Below, piece by piece: positions 19,079-29,105 of a stretch of DNA of 44,231 bases. A model generated the notes under the pieces. That model searched no databases. It was not told where the DNA came from and saw only the letters and a list, made by a program, of their open reading frames with translations. Positions within the stretch are counted from its first letter, which is position 1. Every line of letters starts with the position of its first letter. The stretch is taken from contig JACQCV010000032.1 in the NCBI GenBank assembly GCA_016201465.1, positions 1-44,231 of the forward strand, given 5' to 3'. Made by a program: the position numbers and the translations under genes. The DNA comes from Candidatus Vogelbacteria bacterium. Lineage in GTDB: Bacteria > Patescibacteriota > Minisyncoccia > Phycocordibacterales > UBA12445.

Positions 19079-19456
19079 CTACTCCTTGACAGCATATACA
19101 ATTATCTTCCTTGTTAGCAACAACAGTCCGACGCTCCCAAAAGTGAGAGATCGTCCCTGAGCAAAGATGGCTGGCACAAAAGTGAAATCTGGTTCAACAA
19201 TAATGCCATCCTGATCGGTGGCAATAATAGTTTCATGACACGGCAAAACAGCATTCAACAAATAGTAACACTCTCTATACAAACTCTTAAGATCTGCCCT
19301 GTCTGCCGATTTATATCCGAGCTCGGACAATTCACGTTGTACAGCACGTAGGTCGGTCTTATGTAGGACGTCAAAAAACTTAGCACGTTTTGCGACCTTT
19401 CTAACACGATCAAAATTTTTGTTTTCTTCAAGAAGCCACGACTTTTGAGAAGTCAT
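19079..19456 (-). CDS. Hypothetical protein
   Basis: ORF with purine-rich SD and downstream hairpin. Confidence 0.65.
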   Translation of the reverse strand: MTSQKSWLLEENKNFDRVRKVAKRAKFFDVLHKTDLRAVQRELSELGYKSADRADLKSLYRECYYLLNAVLPCHETIIATDQDGIIVEPDFTFVPAIFAQGRSLTFGSVGLLLLTRKIIVYAVKE

Positions 19457-19558
19457 CTTTCCCTCACTTTCAAATCATGAAATTTTCAAACAACAAAAAA
19501 ATCTACACCAATATTACATATTAGTGGAGATTTTTCAATATCTGAGCACTAAACCTAA

Positions 19559-20119
19559 CTATTTCTTAGCCTTTTTAACAGTAGACCTCTTAATTTCTTT
19601 AGCCTTTTTTATTTGCTTTAGAGAGACTTCCGCCTTAACAACTGGCATGCCCACAACCTTAACAGGAGCAGCTACTGGTTTTGGCACTACAACTACTGCA
19701 GGTTTCGTAGCCGTCAACACATCCTTTGCAGGATTAAATTTCATATGCGCGAGATTCTCAACTGAATTAATAAGTCTCTCGATTTTTGTGTTCATGTTTT
19801 CCAGAAGTCTCTTTATATCATCACCGCCACCCACTGGCCTCTGCTGATCTGGCCTTCTGTTATTGTCAAAATGTGGTCGAGAACTCCTATCTCCAAAATC
19901 CTTTCTTGGGAATCGGTCATCCTGAAATCGCTTTTCACCACCACCCTTTTGAGCAAAACAATCCTTGCAATAAACTGGTTTATCGCCAGTTGGCCTAAAG
20001 GGCACCTCACAACTCTTATTACACTCACTACATGTTGCCTGAAACATGGGCTTCCTACCATCTGACCTAAAGCTGCCTCCACCTCCTTGTCCACCTCTAT
20101 CTCGATTAAAATTTCCCAT
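19559..20119 (-). CDS. CxxC-x17-CxxC domain protein
   Basis: MFQATCSECNKSCEVPFRPTGDKPVYCKDCF; G/R-rich N-terminus, K-rich tail. Confidence 0.88.
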   Translation of the reverse strand: MGNFNRDRGGQGGGGSFRSDGRKPMFQATCSECNKSCEVPFRPTGDKPVYCKDCFAQKGGGEKRFQDDRFPRKDFGDRSSRPHFDNNRRPDQQRPVGGGDDIKRLLENMNTKIERLINSVENLAHMKFNPAKDVLTATKPAVVVVPKPVAAPVKVVGMPVVKAEVSLKQIKKAKEIKRSTVKKAKK

Positions 20120-20240
20120 ATATATAAGTTATTTATTAAGCCCTTATTAATTATTCAACGCCAATAGTATAACATGCGTCTGATAAAAAATCAAGTATTT
20201 GTATTAAAAAACCGCCAGTCCAAAGATCTGACGGTCACTC

Positions 20241-20831
20241 TCAGAAAAACATGGACATCTGCCTTACAACAGGCTCAACTCCCATCATCGAGTCATTATT
20301 CGAAAGGAAGATGTACGGAATATCCGACGTAAGCGCGATTTTATCCCACTCTTTGCAATCGGAAACACGTCTTTCAATCGACAACGCGTCATCCCCTCTT
20401 GCCACAAGTCTCCTTCGCAATTCCTCCTCATTTGGGGCAAGAACATAAAACGATAGTATTTGACTCTCATCTACACCCATAAACTCGAGATATTGGCGCA
20501 ACAAAGCAACCGATTCAGGAACTATAATCATTAACAGAGGAGAATTCAGAGATGCCTCCGATACAAAAACATCCTCAACAGACCTCTTAGTTGTCCCATA
20601 ATAGTTCCCATGCGCCACGACCACCCAGAGATAGTCCTCCTTATTTTTCACAAAGTCCTCTTGCGAGATGTTACAATTATATTCACCAGGAATATCTGAG
20701 TCCCTCGCTGACCTAGATGTATGACTGGTGATTAAACGCAAATCGGGACGGAGAACCTGCAATCTCTTAACAATAGTAGTCTTACCGACACCAGACGATC
20801 CGGTAATTGTGCAAATTTTTACCTGTGCCGT
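20241..20831 (-). CDS. gmk: Guanylate kinase (apparent ACG start)
   Basis: P-loop ITGSSGVGKTT upstream of the track start; HTSRSAR, HGNYYGT, LRRRLVARG motifs; SD AGGAGG 5 nt before ACG. Confidence 0.85.
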   Translation of the reverse strand, partial: TAQVKICTITGSSGVGKTTIVKRLQVLRPDLRLITSHTSRSARDSDIPGEYNCNISQEDFVKNKEDYLWVVVAHGNYYGTTKRSVEDVFVSEASLNSPLLMIIVPESVALLRQYLEFMGVDESQILSFYVLAPNEEELRRRLVARGDDALSIERRVSDCKEWDKIALTSDIPYIFLSNNDSMMGVEPVVRQMSMFF

Positions 20832-20972
20832 ATATACCTCCTGTTTTCAAGGTTCTAGGACAACGTTACCATAACACCCAAAAACTTTCCACAGGTACGG
20901 GTTTCATCCTAAATTAAAAGGTGTATACTGTTAAACGTCAATAAAAATTATTATCAATAATTAATTGTTTTT

Positions 20973-21473
20973 ATGATACAAAAACAAAGAGGTTCGGCGA
21001 CAGTTTGGGTGGTCGTCATTATAGTTCTCGCAATTTTAGCAATATGGTGGATGAAGAGTAACTCTACACCCACTCCTTCAACTCAGCCAGTGGCTACACC
21101 AACACCAGCCACCCCAATCCCTGAAGCTGCAGCCCCAGCTTCACCATCCTATTTAAGTACCCTAACAATGACCAACGGAAGTTCCTACTTAGCTGATGTA
21201 AATGGCCGAACCCTTTACACAAAAGTCTCTGATAAAAAAAACACCAGTACCTGCACGGGTGCGTGCTTGTCGGTCTGGCCTGCTTATGTGGCCCAATCTG
21301 CCCTAGAATATGCTCCAGCGAATTACAATGACCTCAGCACGATGAAGCGTGATGATAGCACTTACCAATATACGTGGAAAGGTATGCCACTATACTACTA
21401 TGCCAAAGACCAAAAAACTGGCGATACCACAGGAGATGGATTCAACAAGGCCTGGAATGTTGCGAAACCATAA
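20973..21473 (+). CDS. Secreted-repeat protein (COG4315/Lipoprotein_15-like) with pilin-like N-terminus
   Basis: GRTLY...D...STCTGACLSVWP and YQYTWKGMPLYYYAKD...GDTTGDG repeats; QKQRG-S followed by hydrophobic helix. Confidence 0.85.
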   Translation: MIQKQRGSATVWVVVIIVLAILAIWWMKSNSTPTPSTQPVATPTPATPIPEAAAPASPSYLSTLTMTNGSSYLADVNGRTLYTKVSDKKNTSTCTGACLSVWPAYVAQSALEYAPANYNDLSTMKRDDSTYQYTWKGMPLYYYAKDQKTGDTTGDGFNKAWNVAKP

Positions 21474-21544
21474 ATAATTAACACAGACCAATAAAAAGGG
21501 GCTCGAAGAGAGAGTCTCTTTTTTATTCATAAACAAATTTATTA

Positions 21545-21724
21545 CTACGCCTTTCTGGAAAGCCATCCAGCCACAAGAAGAACACCGGCTACAAGGTTCA
21601 AACCGGCGTGTCCCGTCATCTGATCAGGAGTTAAACCATATGAGAGCATATAGATATGAGTTGCAAAGACAACTAATAACCCGACCATATACAACCACCA
21701 ACTCATTTTATTATTCGCGTACAT
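21545..21724 (-). CDS. 59-aa two-TM membrane protein (not in ORF track)
   Basis: MYANNKMSCGLYMVGLLVVFATHIYMLSYGLTPDQMTGHAGLNLVAGVLLVAGWLSRKA. Confidence 0.7.
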   Translation of the reverse strand: MYANNKMSWWLYMVGLLVVFATHIYMLSYGLTPDQMTGHAGLNLVAGVLLVAGWLSRKA

Positions 21725-21791
21725 TTTTTATTAAGTTAACTAATATTTATTGATTATAGCACGAAATTTGAATTAAACTTGTACGCAAATA

Positions 21792-22388
21792 TTATAGAGT
21801 GTTAGTTTGCTCGCGACCACTTTTTGTACCATGCACACTACAAGCCTTCCATAAACCAAACCTTGACTTGCGTGCTTGCTCTTCAGACTCCTTAAACTCT
21901 TTTGCCTTAGAAGTATCCGGCTGGTATGGATAATTAAATGCGAATCCCTCTCTAACTAGTTGCGAATTTACAAAGGTTCCGTTACTCAAATAAACAAAAC
22001 CAAGTAATCGCCCGTATTTATCGCGAGTCGAAACATCTTTGTAAACTGTTACTGTCTTGCCTTCTACCAAATCTCTATTTCTATCTGTCGCCTCTTTCGC
22101 AAAACATTGAATAGGCTTCCGTGGGTCAAACTCTTCGGGAGTATCAATTCCTATGTACCTCAACCGCTCACCACTTTCAAGTTGAACTGTGTCACCATCA
22201 ACAACTCTTTCAACTTTTATTGGCTGACCATACTCAAACTCGACTGAGTTACTACGTACAATAGAAACATTTGTGCGGGCAGTAGTAATAACTCGCTCGT
22301 AGGAAACGTGATTTTCAAAATAAAATTTGCCGAATACAGAAACAGCAAGGACAAGAAATAGACTGAAGCTGATTTTTTTGTAATTCAT
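21792..22388 (-). CDS. Thermonuclease (SNase-like), membrane anchored
   Basis: RVVDGDT, RYIGIDTPE, DKYGRLLG, GLW motifs. Confidence 0.93.
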   Translation of the reverse strand: MNYKKISFSLFLVLAVSVFGKFYFENHVSYERVITTARTNVSIVRSNSVEFEYGQPIKVERVVDGDTVQLESGERLRYIGIDTPEEFDPRKPIQCFAKEATDRNRDLVEGKTVTVYKDVSTRDKYGRLLGFVYLSNGTFVNSQLVREGFAFNYPYQPDTSKAKEFKESEEQARKSRFGLWKACSVHGTKSGREQTNTL

Positions 22389-22451
22389 GTTGCACAAATG
22401 CTACCAAACAAAAAGCCACGCGGCAAACCACGTGGCCCCAATTTCTAAAAC

Positions 22452-22988
22452 CTAATGAATTGTGTGAACCTCATCATCCTCACTGCATTCATCATCTGCT
22501 AGTGAGCTAGCATTATGTTGGATAGTACCCATCTGCTGATACTCGTGAATTGCCCTTGCCAAAAGGATGCCTTCTGCCTCCTTAATCCATTCCCCTTTCC
22601 CACGCTTGCGCCACTCGTAACCGGACTCATCATTTTTCATCCGCTTTACCTGTTCTTCCTTCTCGAATTCATCTGTCGACACAACGCGAAGACCGCAAAA
22701 TTTTGGAATCCATGCAAGCAAATCACTCAAACCAAACATGAAGCGCCTAATCGGTGATGATCTTTCAACTAAAACGTGAAATAAGTCAACCCCCACCTTG
22801 TCACAGATAAACATTAAGCCAGTAACGAGACCAGCCCATATTCCAGCAATAGGCACTAGAGGCGCAAAAATAAAGTATATACCAAGTGCATCCTTGGTAA
22901 TCGTAGAGTTACTACCACCATATTTGTGAACTAGGACGGATATCAAAAACATGAGTACCCAGTAGATCCCAAACATCAGCATGTGCAT
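22452..22988 (-). CDS. Hypothetical membrane protein
   Basis: Two TM segments; 1 nt downstream of the next gene. Confidence 0.7.
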   Translation of the reverse strand: MHMLMFGIYWVLMFLISVLVHKYGGSNSTITKDALGIYFIFAPLVPIAGIWAGLVTGLMFICDKVGVDLFHVLVERSSPIRRFMFGLSDLLAWIPKFCGLRVVSTDEFEKEEQVKRMKNDESGYEWRKRGKGEWIKEAEGILLARAIHEYQQMGTIQHNASSLADDECSEDDEVHTIH

Positions 22989-22989
22989 C

Positions 22990-23373
22990 TCACTTACTCC
23001 TTAGAAAATCGCAAAACCTGTGAAAGAGTCCCTTTTCCTCAACACTCACCTTAACCTCACTTATTTTCTTTTGCGCTGTGAGTGCTCTTATGATTCTCTC
23101 AAAATCAGGATGAGTGGGTGCAGAAATGCTATGAATAAACGAGAGTTCATTTATTCTATAAACCATGTCCATTTGCAGCATGGCCACAATAACCCTCGGC
23201 CCATTGGACCTACTACTGACAAGGTCCTTTATTTCAGCCCTCTCTGTGTCAGAAACATTCTCGTCGAGAACAATGAACACCTCAAAATAATCATCTTTCT
23301 TGGTACTGTTCGCAGCGACATACTTGATAATTGCATCACACCTTTCCAGGACATTACCACTATTAGTCTCCAC
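22990..23373 (-). CDS. Hypothetical protein
   Basis: SD GAGGAG before GTG. Confidence 0.7.
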   Translation of the reverse strand: METNSGNVLERCDAIIKYVAANSTKKDDYFEVFIVLDENVSDTERAEIKDLVSSRSNGPRVIVAMLQMDMVYRINELSFIHSISAPTHPDFERIIRALTAQKKISEVKVSVEEKGLFHRFCDFLRSK

Positions 23374-23523
23374 TTCTTTCTCCTCTAGTTAATTGTCAAA
23401 AAAATAATCAAAATTCATACACAATCTAACAGTAAGTCCCGCGTCTGTCAAGTTTTTTTATCATCATTTTTTAAGATAAAAGTAGGTCCGGCTTAAAGCT
23501 AGACCTACTTACTGTTTATTTTC

Positions 23524-23997
23524 TCAATTAATATACCAAGGTGAGCTGTTAATATGCCGATCTAATTCCCTAAGCGAACCCTGTATTAGACTAAACATCT
23601 GTTCAACAAATCGATAAGCCTCATCCTTGGCCTGAAATCTGCCCGCCGTTACGCCAGCCTTACACCAAATCAAACCTCCAGAACAGCCGCCGATCTGATA
23701 TTGAACTTGCCGATAATGCCCATAACGAAGATCAACTCCCTCCGCCTTAACCATATCCACCATGATCATCTCCTGCGGCTGCACGAGTGGCTGCACATAA
23801 AGTGGGACGAGTGGATATTGATACGGCTGGCTCCAATAAAGTCCAGGCTTAGGCACACAAGACGTATCATGCCGCGTAACATTAATCATTGGAATGGAAA
23901 AATTATTCATTGGCGGTTTCGCAAAGTTGCCGTGGGCACCTACTCTAGTAAAATTAGACAAAAGTAATACAACAACCAAAAAAATAAATCCTCTCAT
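23524..23997 (-). CDS. Hypothetical secreted protein
   Basis: SD GGAGGT before ATG 23997; signal-peptide-like MRGFIFLVVVLLLS..VGA. Confidence 0.65.
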   Translation of the reverse strand: MRGFIFLVVVLLLSNFTRVGAHGNFAKPPMNNFSIPMINVTRHDTSCVPKPGLYWSQPYQYPLVPLYVQPLVQPQEMIMVDMVKAEGVDLRYGHYRQVQYQIGGCSGGLIWCKAGVTAGRFQAKDEAYRFVEQMFSLIQGSLRELDRHINSSPWYIN

Positions 23998-24097
23998 CTC
24001 CAACCTCCTCGCCCCAATTTTCGTCGAGGCCTTTGTCAAAACAAAATGCTAGTCTGCTTAAAGACTAGCATTTTGCAAATTAATGTAAATCCAAATT

Positions 24098-24994
24098 CTA
24101 TTTTGCTGTTTTCTTACGACTTTGTATCACAACAAGTAGCGGGCTTGCTAATAGAATTGATGAATACGTGCCAGCAATAATACCTACAATCAGCGCCAAA
24201 CAAAAATATTTCACAGATGCACTACCGAACATAATAAGAGCAACTAGAGTTAGCACAACGGCAAGCGATGTGTTAATTGACCTTGAAAGCGTCTGACGAA
24301 TACTCATACCTACAGTCTCAGTAAAACTCTTAAATTTTTTCAACTTAATATTCTCTCGGATTCTATCGAATACGACAATAGTGTCGTGCACCGAGAAACC
24401 AAGAATGGTCAGAATTGCTGTTACGAATAATGAGTCTATCTCGATTCCATATTTGTGACCGAGGTATGCAAAGATACCAAGCGGTACTATAACATCATGA
24501 CCCAAAGTGATCACGGTGACTAAACCATACTCCCACGACTTAACCACACCAGACACCTGCCTAAAGGCGAATGCGATGAATAAAGTAATCGCAATTACAA
24601 CAAGAATAATCGAATAAACAGACTTCGTCTTAAGCTCATTACCAATCGTAGGACCAATAGAAGTAAACCTCTTATCTATAATCTGCCCGCCGTCAACAGC
24701 AAGAGCCTTAATCAAACCAGCCCTGTCTGACTCCTTAAGATCACGGGCCTTAACAATTAAACCCTTATCACCATACGGCTGAATTGTTTCACCCAAACTA
24801 AGCGGAGCAACTGCAGCCTTAATCTTAACTAAATCAGGCATACCGTTAGGATACTCAACTTCAAGTAGCGATCCTCCCTTGAAATCCATTCCCAAATTGA
24901 GACCGTAATGCCAAATTGAAAACAATGAAACAAGCACCAAGACAAGGAGCAGGCTCACGAACCATTTACTATTTTTTGCAACAAACATATTCAA
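24098..24994 (-). CDS. secF: Protein translocase subunit SecF
   Basis: LGMDFKGG, IGPTIG.EL, GFSVHDTIVVFDRIREN, RSINTS. Confidence 0.97.
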   Translation of the reverse strand: MNMFVAKNSKWFVSLLLVLVLVSLFSIWHYGLNLGMDFKGGSLLEVEYPNGMPDLVKIKAAVAPLSLGETIQPYGDKGLIVKARDLKESDRAGLIKALAVDGGQIIDKRFTSIGPTIGNELKTKSVYSIILVVIAITLFIAFAFRQVSGVVKSWEYGLVTVITLGHDVIVPLGIFAYLGHKYGIEIDSLFVTAILTILGFSVHDTIVVFDRIRENIKLKKFKSFTETVGMSIRQTLSRSINTSLAVVLTLVALIMFGSASVKYFCLALIVGIIAGTYSSILLASPLLVVIQSRKKTAK

Positions 24995-25000
24995 TATTTA

Positions 25001-26404
25001 TTAAACTTTGAGTCCGTGACCAAAAAGGAATTTTAATAATTTGCTCTGACCGCGGAGGCCGAAAGCTGTTAAAATAGTTCTTGTGACTGTAATGGCCGTA
25101 AACATACTGGCCGCAACGCCAATCGCAAGAGTCAACGCAAATCCTCTTATCAAGCTAGTACCAAACCAGAATAATATGATCGAGGTGATAATGGTCGACA
25201 AATTACTATCTCTGATTGATTCCCATGCGCGCCAGAATCCCTCTCTTATTGCGTCTTCCAAAACACGGCCGTTAGATAACTCCTCCTTAATTCTCTCGAA
25301 AATCAAGATGTTCGCATCAACAGCCATACCGATAGTCAAAATGAATCCGGCAATACCGGCAGCTGTCAATGTGACACCAACCAATTTAAAAATGGAAAGC
25401 ATAATTACAACATAAATAGAGAGAGAGATCGTTGCAAGCAAGCCAGGCAGTCGATACCAAACTATCAAGAATAAAGCAACAAGCAAGAAACCTATTATAC
25501 CGGCCTTAACATTTTGATTAAGCGCCTCTTCGCCAAGAGTTGCTCCAACCTTATTTGTGGAAATAAGTTCTATCGGTACCGGAAGCGCTCCGGCATTCAA
25601 CCGACCAACCAAAACCTTGGCCTCATCGGCCGAGAAATTGCCAGTGATCTGCGCCTTGCCAGTTTTAATCTCTTCTCTAACAACTGGTGTGGTAATTGGA
25701 GCACCATCCAAGTAAATGGCAACAGTTTTTCCTACATTTGCCTTCGTCATATCGGCAAACAACTGAGTTCCCTGATCGTTGAACGTCAGCGACACAGATG
25801 GCGTGAAAGAATTCGAACTAAACTCGAGCGTCGCCTTCTGTAAGTAACTACCAGTTAATGCCGTAGAAATATAGTACGGATCTTGCTGCAAAAGCGCTGG
25901 ATCTATCCCCGTCGGTATAGGCAACTTCTTCGAAAATGCATCCTTCGCTTTGTTTTGCACCTCCAAAATTTTTGTCTTCTCAGTCTCTGGTCTCTCTGTT
26001 TTAAACTCAAGAACTGGTGTTTGACCAATGACAGCAACCGCCTGCGAAATATCTGTGACACCAGGAAGGTCTACAGTTAATCTATGTTCCACCTGACCTG
26101 CCACAATTGATCCATCTTCCAACTGGACCATCGGCTCCGAAACACCAAAGAGATTTACTCTTCTTTCAATAACATCTCTTAAAGACGACATCGAATCACC
26201 CAAAGCTCCTGGTGCAATCTTAGAAACATCGGCCTTATAAATTAAATTTGTTCCACCCTTTAAATCTAGACCGAGCTTGAACGGCAAACCACTCCAAGAC
26301 GAACCCGGATTATTTTTATTAAGTTCTGTTTGATAAATAAAAACCCCAAAAAAAACTCCAAGTAAAACGAAGACGATGGCCAAAAGCCTGCTTTTAGTTA
26401 ACAT
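25001..26404 (-). CDS. secD: Protein translocase subunit SecD
   Basis: LGLDLKGG, RRVNLFGVSEP, GALPVP, GMAVDANILIFERIKEE. Confidence 0.97.
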   Translation of the reverse strand: MLTKSRLLAIVFVLLGVFFGVFIYQTELNKNNPGSSWSGLPFKLGLDLKGGTNLIYKADVSKIAPGALGDSMSSLRDVIERRVNLFGVSEPMVQLEDGSIVAGQVEHRLTVDLPGVTDISQAVAVIGQTPVLEFKTERPETEKTKILEVQNKAKDAFSKKLPIPTGIDPALLQQDPYYISTALTGSYLQKATLEFSSNSFTPSVSLTFNDQGTQLFADMTKANVGKTVAIYLDGAPITTPVVREEIKTGKAQITGNFSADEAKVLVGRLNAGALPVPIELISTNKVGATLGEEALNQNVKAGIIGFLLVALFLIVWYRLPGLLATISLSIYVVIMLSIFKLVGVTLTAAGIAGFILTIGMAVDANILIFERIKEELSNGRVLEDAIREGFWRAWESIRDSNLSTIITSIILFWFGTSLIRGFALTLAIGVAASMFTAITVTRTILTAFGLRGQSKLLKFLFGHGLKV

Positions 26405-26477
26405 ATTGCACTATTATAGTCATTCAAAATAAAAAAACAACCTAGACAGACTTGCGTATTTTAGACCAAAAAATACA

Positions 26478-28289
26478 CTAATTTACTGAAGGATAATATT
26501 TTTCGCGAATTGCCCTAACTAAGACATCCTTATCTTTAGTAAATTTAAGTCCAAACTTTAAAGTACAGTAAGCATCCAGTGCTTGTTTTAAAGACTTAAT
26601 CTGAGCCACATCCAATTGACCGCCACTTTGATACCTGAACCTAACAAGGCTTTGAATGTCCCGCGGAAAATCCGCTAGATTACTCAAAAACTCTCGCCTA
26701 TAAAAATCGTGCGCGGTAAGAAATTTTGCGGATGATGGCCACTCGGGACTAGTGGTTCCGAAACCAGAATCAAAGTCAACAATTTTAATTCGGTCTTTCA
26801 CAAAGACAAGAAGGTCGTTTGATGGCAGCCCACTCAGTTGATTAAACTCTTCGTGCGGAATATTCAGTAGAAAACCGTTTAACTTTCTACCAGAACTATT
26901 TTCCAATTGATTAAGTTTAGTCTTCATTTTAACAATCTTATCGAATAGTTTGGCGGAAACAACCTGACCACTTGGCATTTTAACTTGAGCATCGCGATAT
27001 TTTTTGGCTCTGGGATCGTACTCCTTTGCTCTAGTTTTTTGAAGAGAAATAAAATCATCGGACACTGTATTTAAATCGACAAACGCTGGCCCGTTGAAAA
27101 CCGTATAGTCACCTAAAATCTGAAAAGCGTTATTATCTCCCTCTAGTAGATCAACCCCCTCAAATGCGTCCTGTCGTGGAGACGCAAGTTTAGGCCTCAG
27201 CCCAATTTTCTTGAGAGTATCATAGGCAGCGAGCTCAGACAAAACACTCGATCGCAATGAATCAATATAGCGCGGATAAGAATTTGATCGAGGATTCACA
27301 TCTGTCCCCATGAATTTCATCTCTTGTGCAATCAAATCTAATGTAAGCCAAAAACTATTCAAAAGATCTTTATCCTGGGAATTATTCAAGACAAAATTAG
27401 ATATTATAAACCTATCTTCCGTTAAATCTTCATACCCCGCTCTATTCAATAATCCACTCTCTGCAAGTTCCTGTTTTCTTAAAAATTGCGGAATTGCAAA
27501 AATTATCTCTACTCCATGAAGTTGATCCGGAAAAATTTCTAGGTAAAATTCCTTAACTTTCTCCACTGTCACTTCGTCTTTTTCAACAAGTGCATCGACC
27601 AAAAGCTGTTCTAATTTTGACGTGGCAGAGTTGTCTTCTGGATACTTGTCGTTTAACAGTTTATCAACTTCATCCTCCACCTCAAAAGAAAATCCGTATT
27701 TTTTCTCCCATACTGCAGATATTATTTCGGAAAATCTGTTGGCCTCCCAAGATCTAAGCCATTCGTTCCCCTCAAATCTGTCGACTATTTTTTTATCCTC
27801 CATCGATAATTTACCCAACTCATCAGTTAGAACTTTTACAACTTTCTGCGCTCGACTCACCTTGCTAACTAGAAATGTCTTGGGCTTCTCCTGCCTTACT
27901 TCTTTAAATATCTTATTCAAATCCATTTTTTCTGTAGAGTGAGACTTCTCGAGTGGTTCTTTTTCCCCAAAATTACCAGCCCGAAGCACTTTCTCCTCTG
28001 ACTTCTTTTGTGAATCTAAAAATCTTTTTTTTAAAATACTTTCCCGCTCTCCAAATGGGACACTAAATTTATTTTTCCACCAATCCTCAACCGCTTTTTG
28101 AACCGGAGTAAACATTGCCGGGTTAATTACTCCTCTCTCAAACCTATCTTTAATGTCGTCGCACAAATCTTCAGGAAACGCACTGATATCATTTCTGATT
28201 TCACGCTTAAGTAGCTCTTCCACGGTCGGGATCTTAGTGTTCGATAATCTCTCAGTAAATTTACCCATCTTTTTCATATTGTCAGCCAT
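26478..28289 (-). CDS. Large hypothetical protein with internal helical repeats and PD-(D/E)XK-like core
   Basis: Long ORF; likely start ATG 28289 because the track extension crosses the 28366-28388 hairpin. Confidence 0.8.
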   Translation of the reverse strand: MADNMKKMGKFTERLSNTKIPTVEELLKREIRNDISAFPEDLCDDIKDRFERGVINPAMFTPVQKAVEDWWKNKFSVPFGERESILKKRFLDSQKKSEEKVLRAGNFGEKEPLEKSHSTEKMDLNKIFKEVRQEKPKTFLVSKVSRAQKVVKVLTDELGKLSMEDKKIVDRFEGNEWLRSWEANRFSEIISAVWEKKYGFSFEVEDEVDKLLNDKYPEDNSATSKLEQLLVDALVEKDEVTVEKVKEFYLEIFPDQLHGVEIIFAIPQFLRKQELAESGLLNRAGYEDLTEDRFIISNFVLNNSQDKDLLNSFWLTLDLIAQEMKFMGTDVNPRSNSYPRYIDSLRSSVLSELAAYDTLKKIGLRPKLASPRQDAFEGVDLLEGDNNAFQILGDYTVFNGPAFVDLNTVSDDFISLQKTRAKEYDPRAKKYRDAQVKMPSGQVVSAKLFDKIVKMKTKLNQLENSSGRKLNGFLLNIPHEEFNQLSGLPSNDLLVFVKDRIKIVDFDSGFGTTSPEWPSSAKFLTAHDFYRREFLSNLADFPRDIQSLVRFRYQSGGQLDVAQIKSLKQALDAYCTLKFGLKFTKDKDVLVRAIREKYYPSVN

Positions 28290-28389
28290 AATAATTATTT
28301 CTTGTTCGTTAATATTAACAAACTTTCTATCAGTTCCAAAATAAACAATCTTGCCAGTTTCAAAAAACTCGCCCCCGAGGGGCGAGTTG

Positions 28390-28839
28390 TTATGCGATAT
28401 AAAACTTAAGTGCAACGGAATCGTCGTTCACCAACAGAATCTCTTCGACGGTCGGATGTTTAGTATAGCTTCCACCTAAACTCTTGAGCCACTCCACAAA
28501 TTCATTAGCCAACTCTTCCATGAGCGATTCACCCACCTGATCACGCTTGATATTAAAGCGATAATGCAGGGCCTCAGCAAAATCCGCAGTAAACTTAGAT
28601 TTACTAATCATCAAGGTACTTACCGGAACTGAGGCCTCGGCGCGTCTCCCCAAAGTGCCAAGGTATCTCCAGATGCGCAGATTAACTGATTCCTGCACGT
28701 GGGAAATAGAAATCGGACTGCCCCAAATAGGCATATGCGTCGGCGTGAGATCTAATCTCGCGGGCGAATCTAGACCACAATAATTTCCAAGTGCCTGAGC
28801 AAGTTCAATCGATGGTCCAAAAAAATTTCCCATGCTCAT
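28390..28839 (-). CDS. Hypothetical protein
   Basis: ATGA overlap with upstream gene; terminator AACTCGCCCC/GGGGCGAGTT directly downstream. Confidence 0.7.
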   Translation of the reverse strand: MSMGNFFGPSIELAQALGNYCGLDSPARLDLTPTHMPIWGSPISISHVQESVNLRIWRYLGTLGRRAEASVPVSTLMISKSKFTADFAEALHYRFNIKRDQVGESLMEELANEFVEWLKSLGGSYTKHPTVEEILLVNDDSVALKFYIA

Positions 28840-29105
28840 TTTCCATCCTCCAAATCTGTAACAACGGCACGCAAATCAAACAAATTTTTTATAGAACTTT
28901 TTTCAAAGTCTACAGAAACTTCAAGGTCAACAGTACAATTATCGTTATCGTGAGAGACAATCAGTACTTGAGACCCAAGATCAGATAAAAGCTCTGTCAT
29001 TCTGTTCGCCAAACCTAAAAGCGCATACCGATCACCATGGTCCCAATCATACCCGCGATCACCAGCACGCAACCTACTAAAATCAACCCGAATTCGCTTT
29101 CTCAT
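28836..29105 (-). CDS. Hypothetical protein
   Basis: SD AAGGAGGT before ATG 29105. Confidence 0.7.
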   Translation of the reverse strand: MRKRIRVDFSRLRAGDRGYDWDHGDRYALLGLANRMTELLSDLGSQVLIVSHDNDNCTVDLEVSVDFEKSSIKNLFDLRAVVTDLEDGK

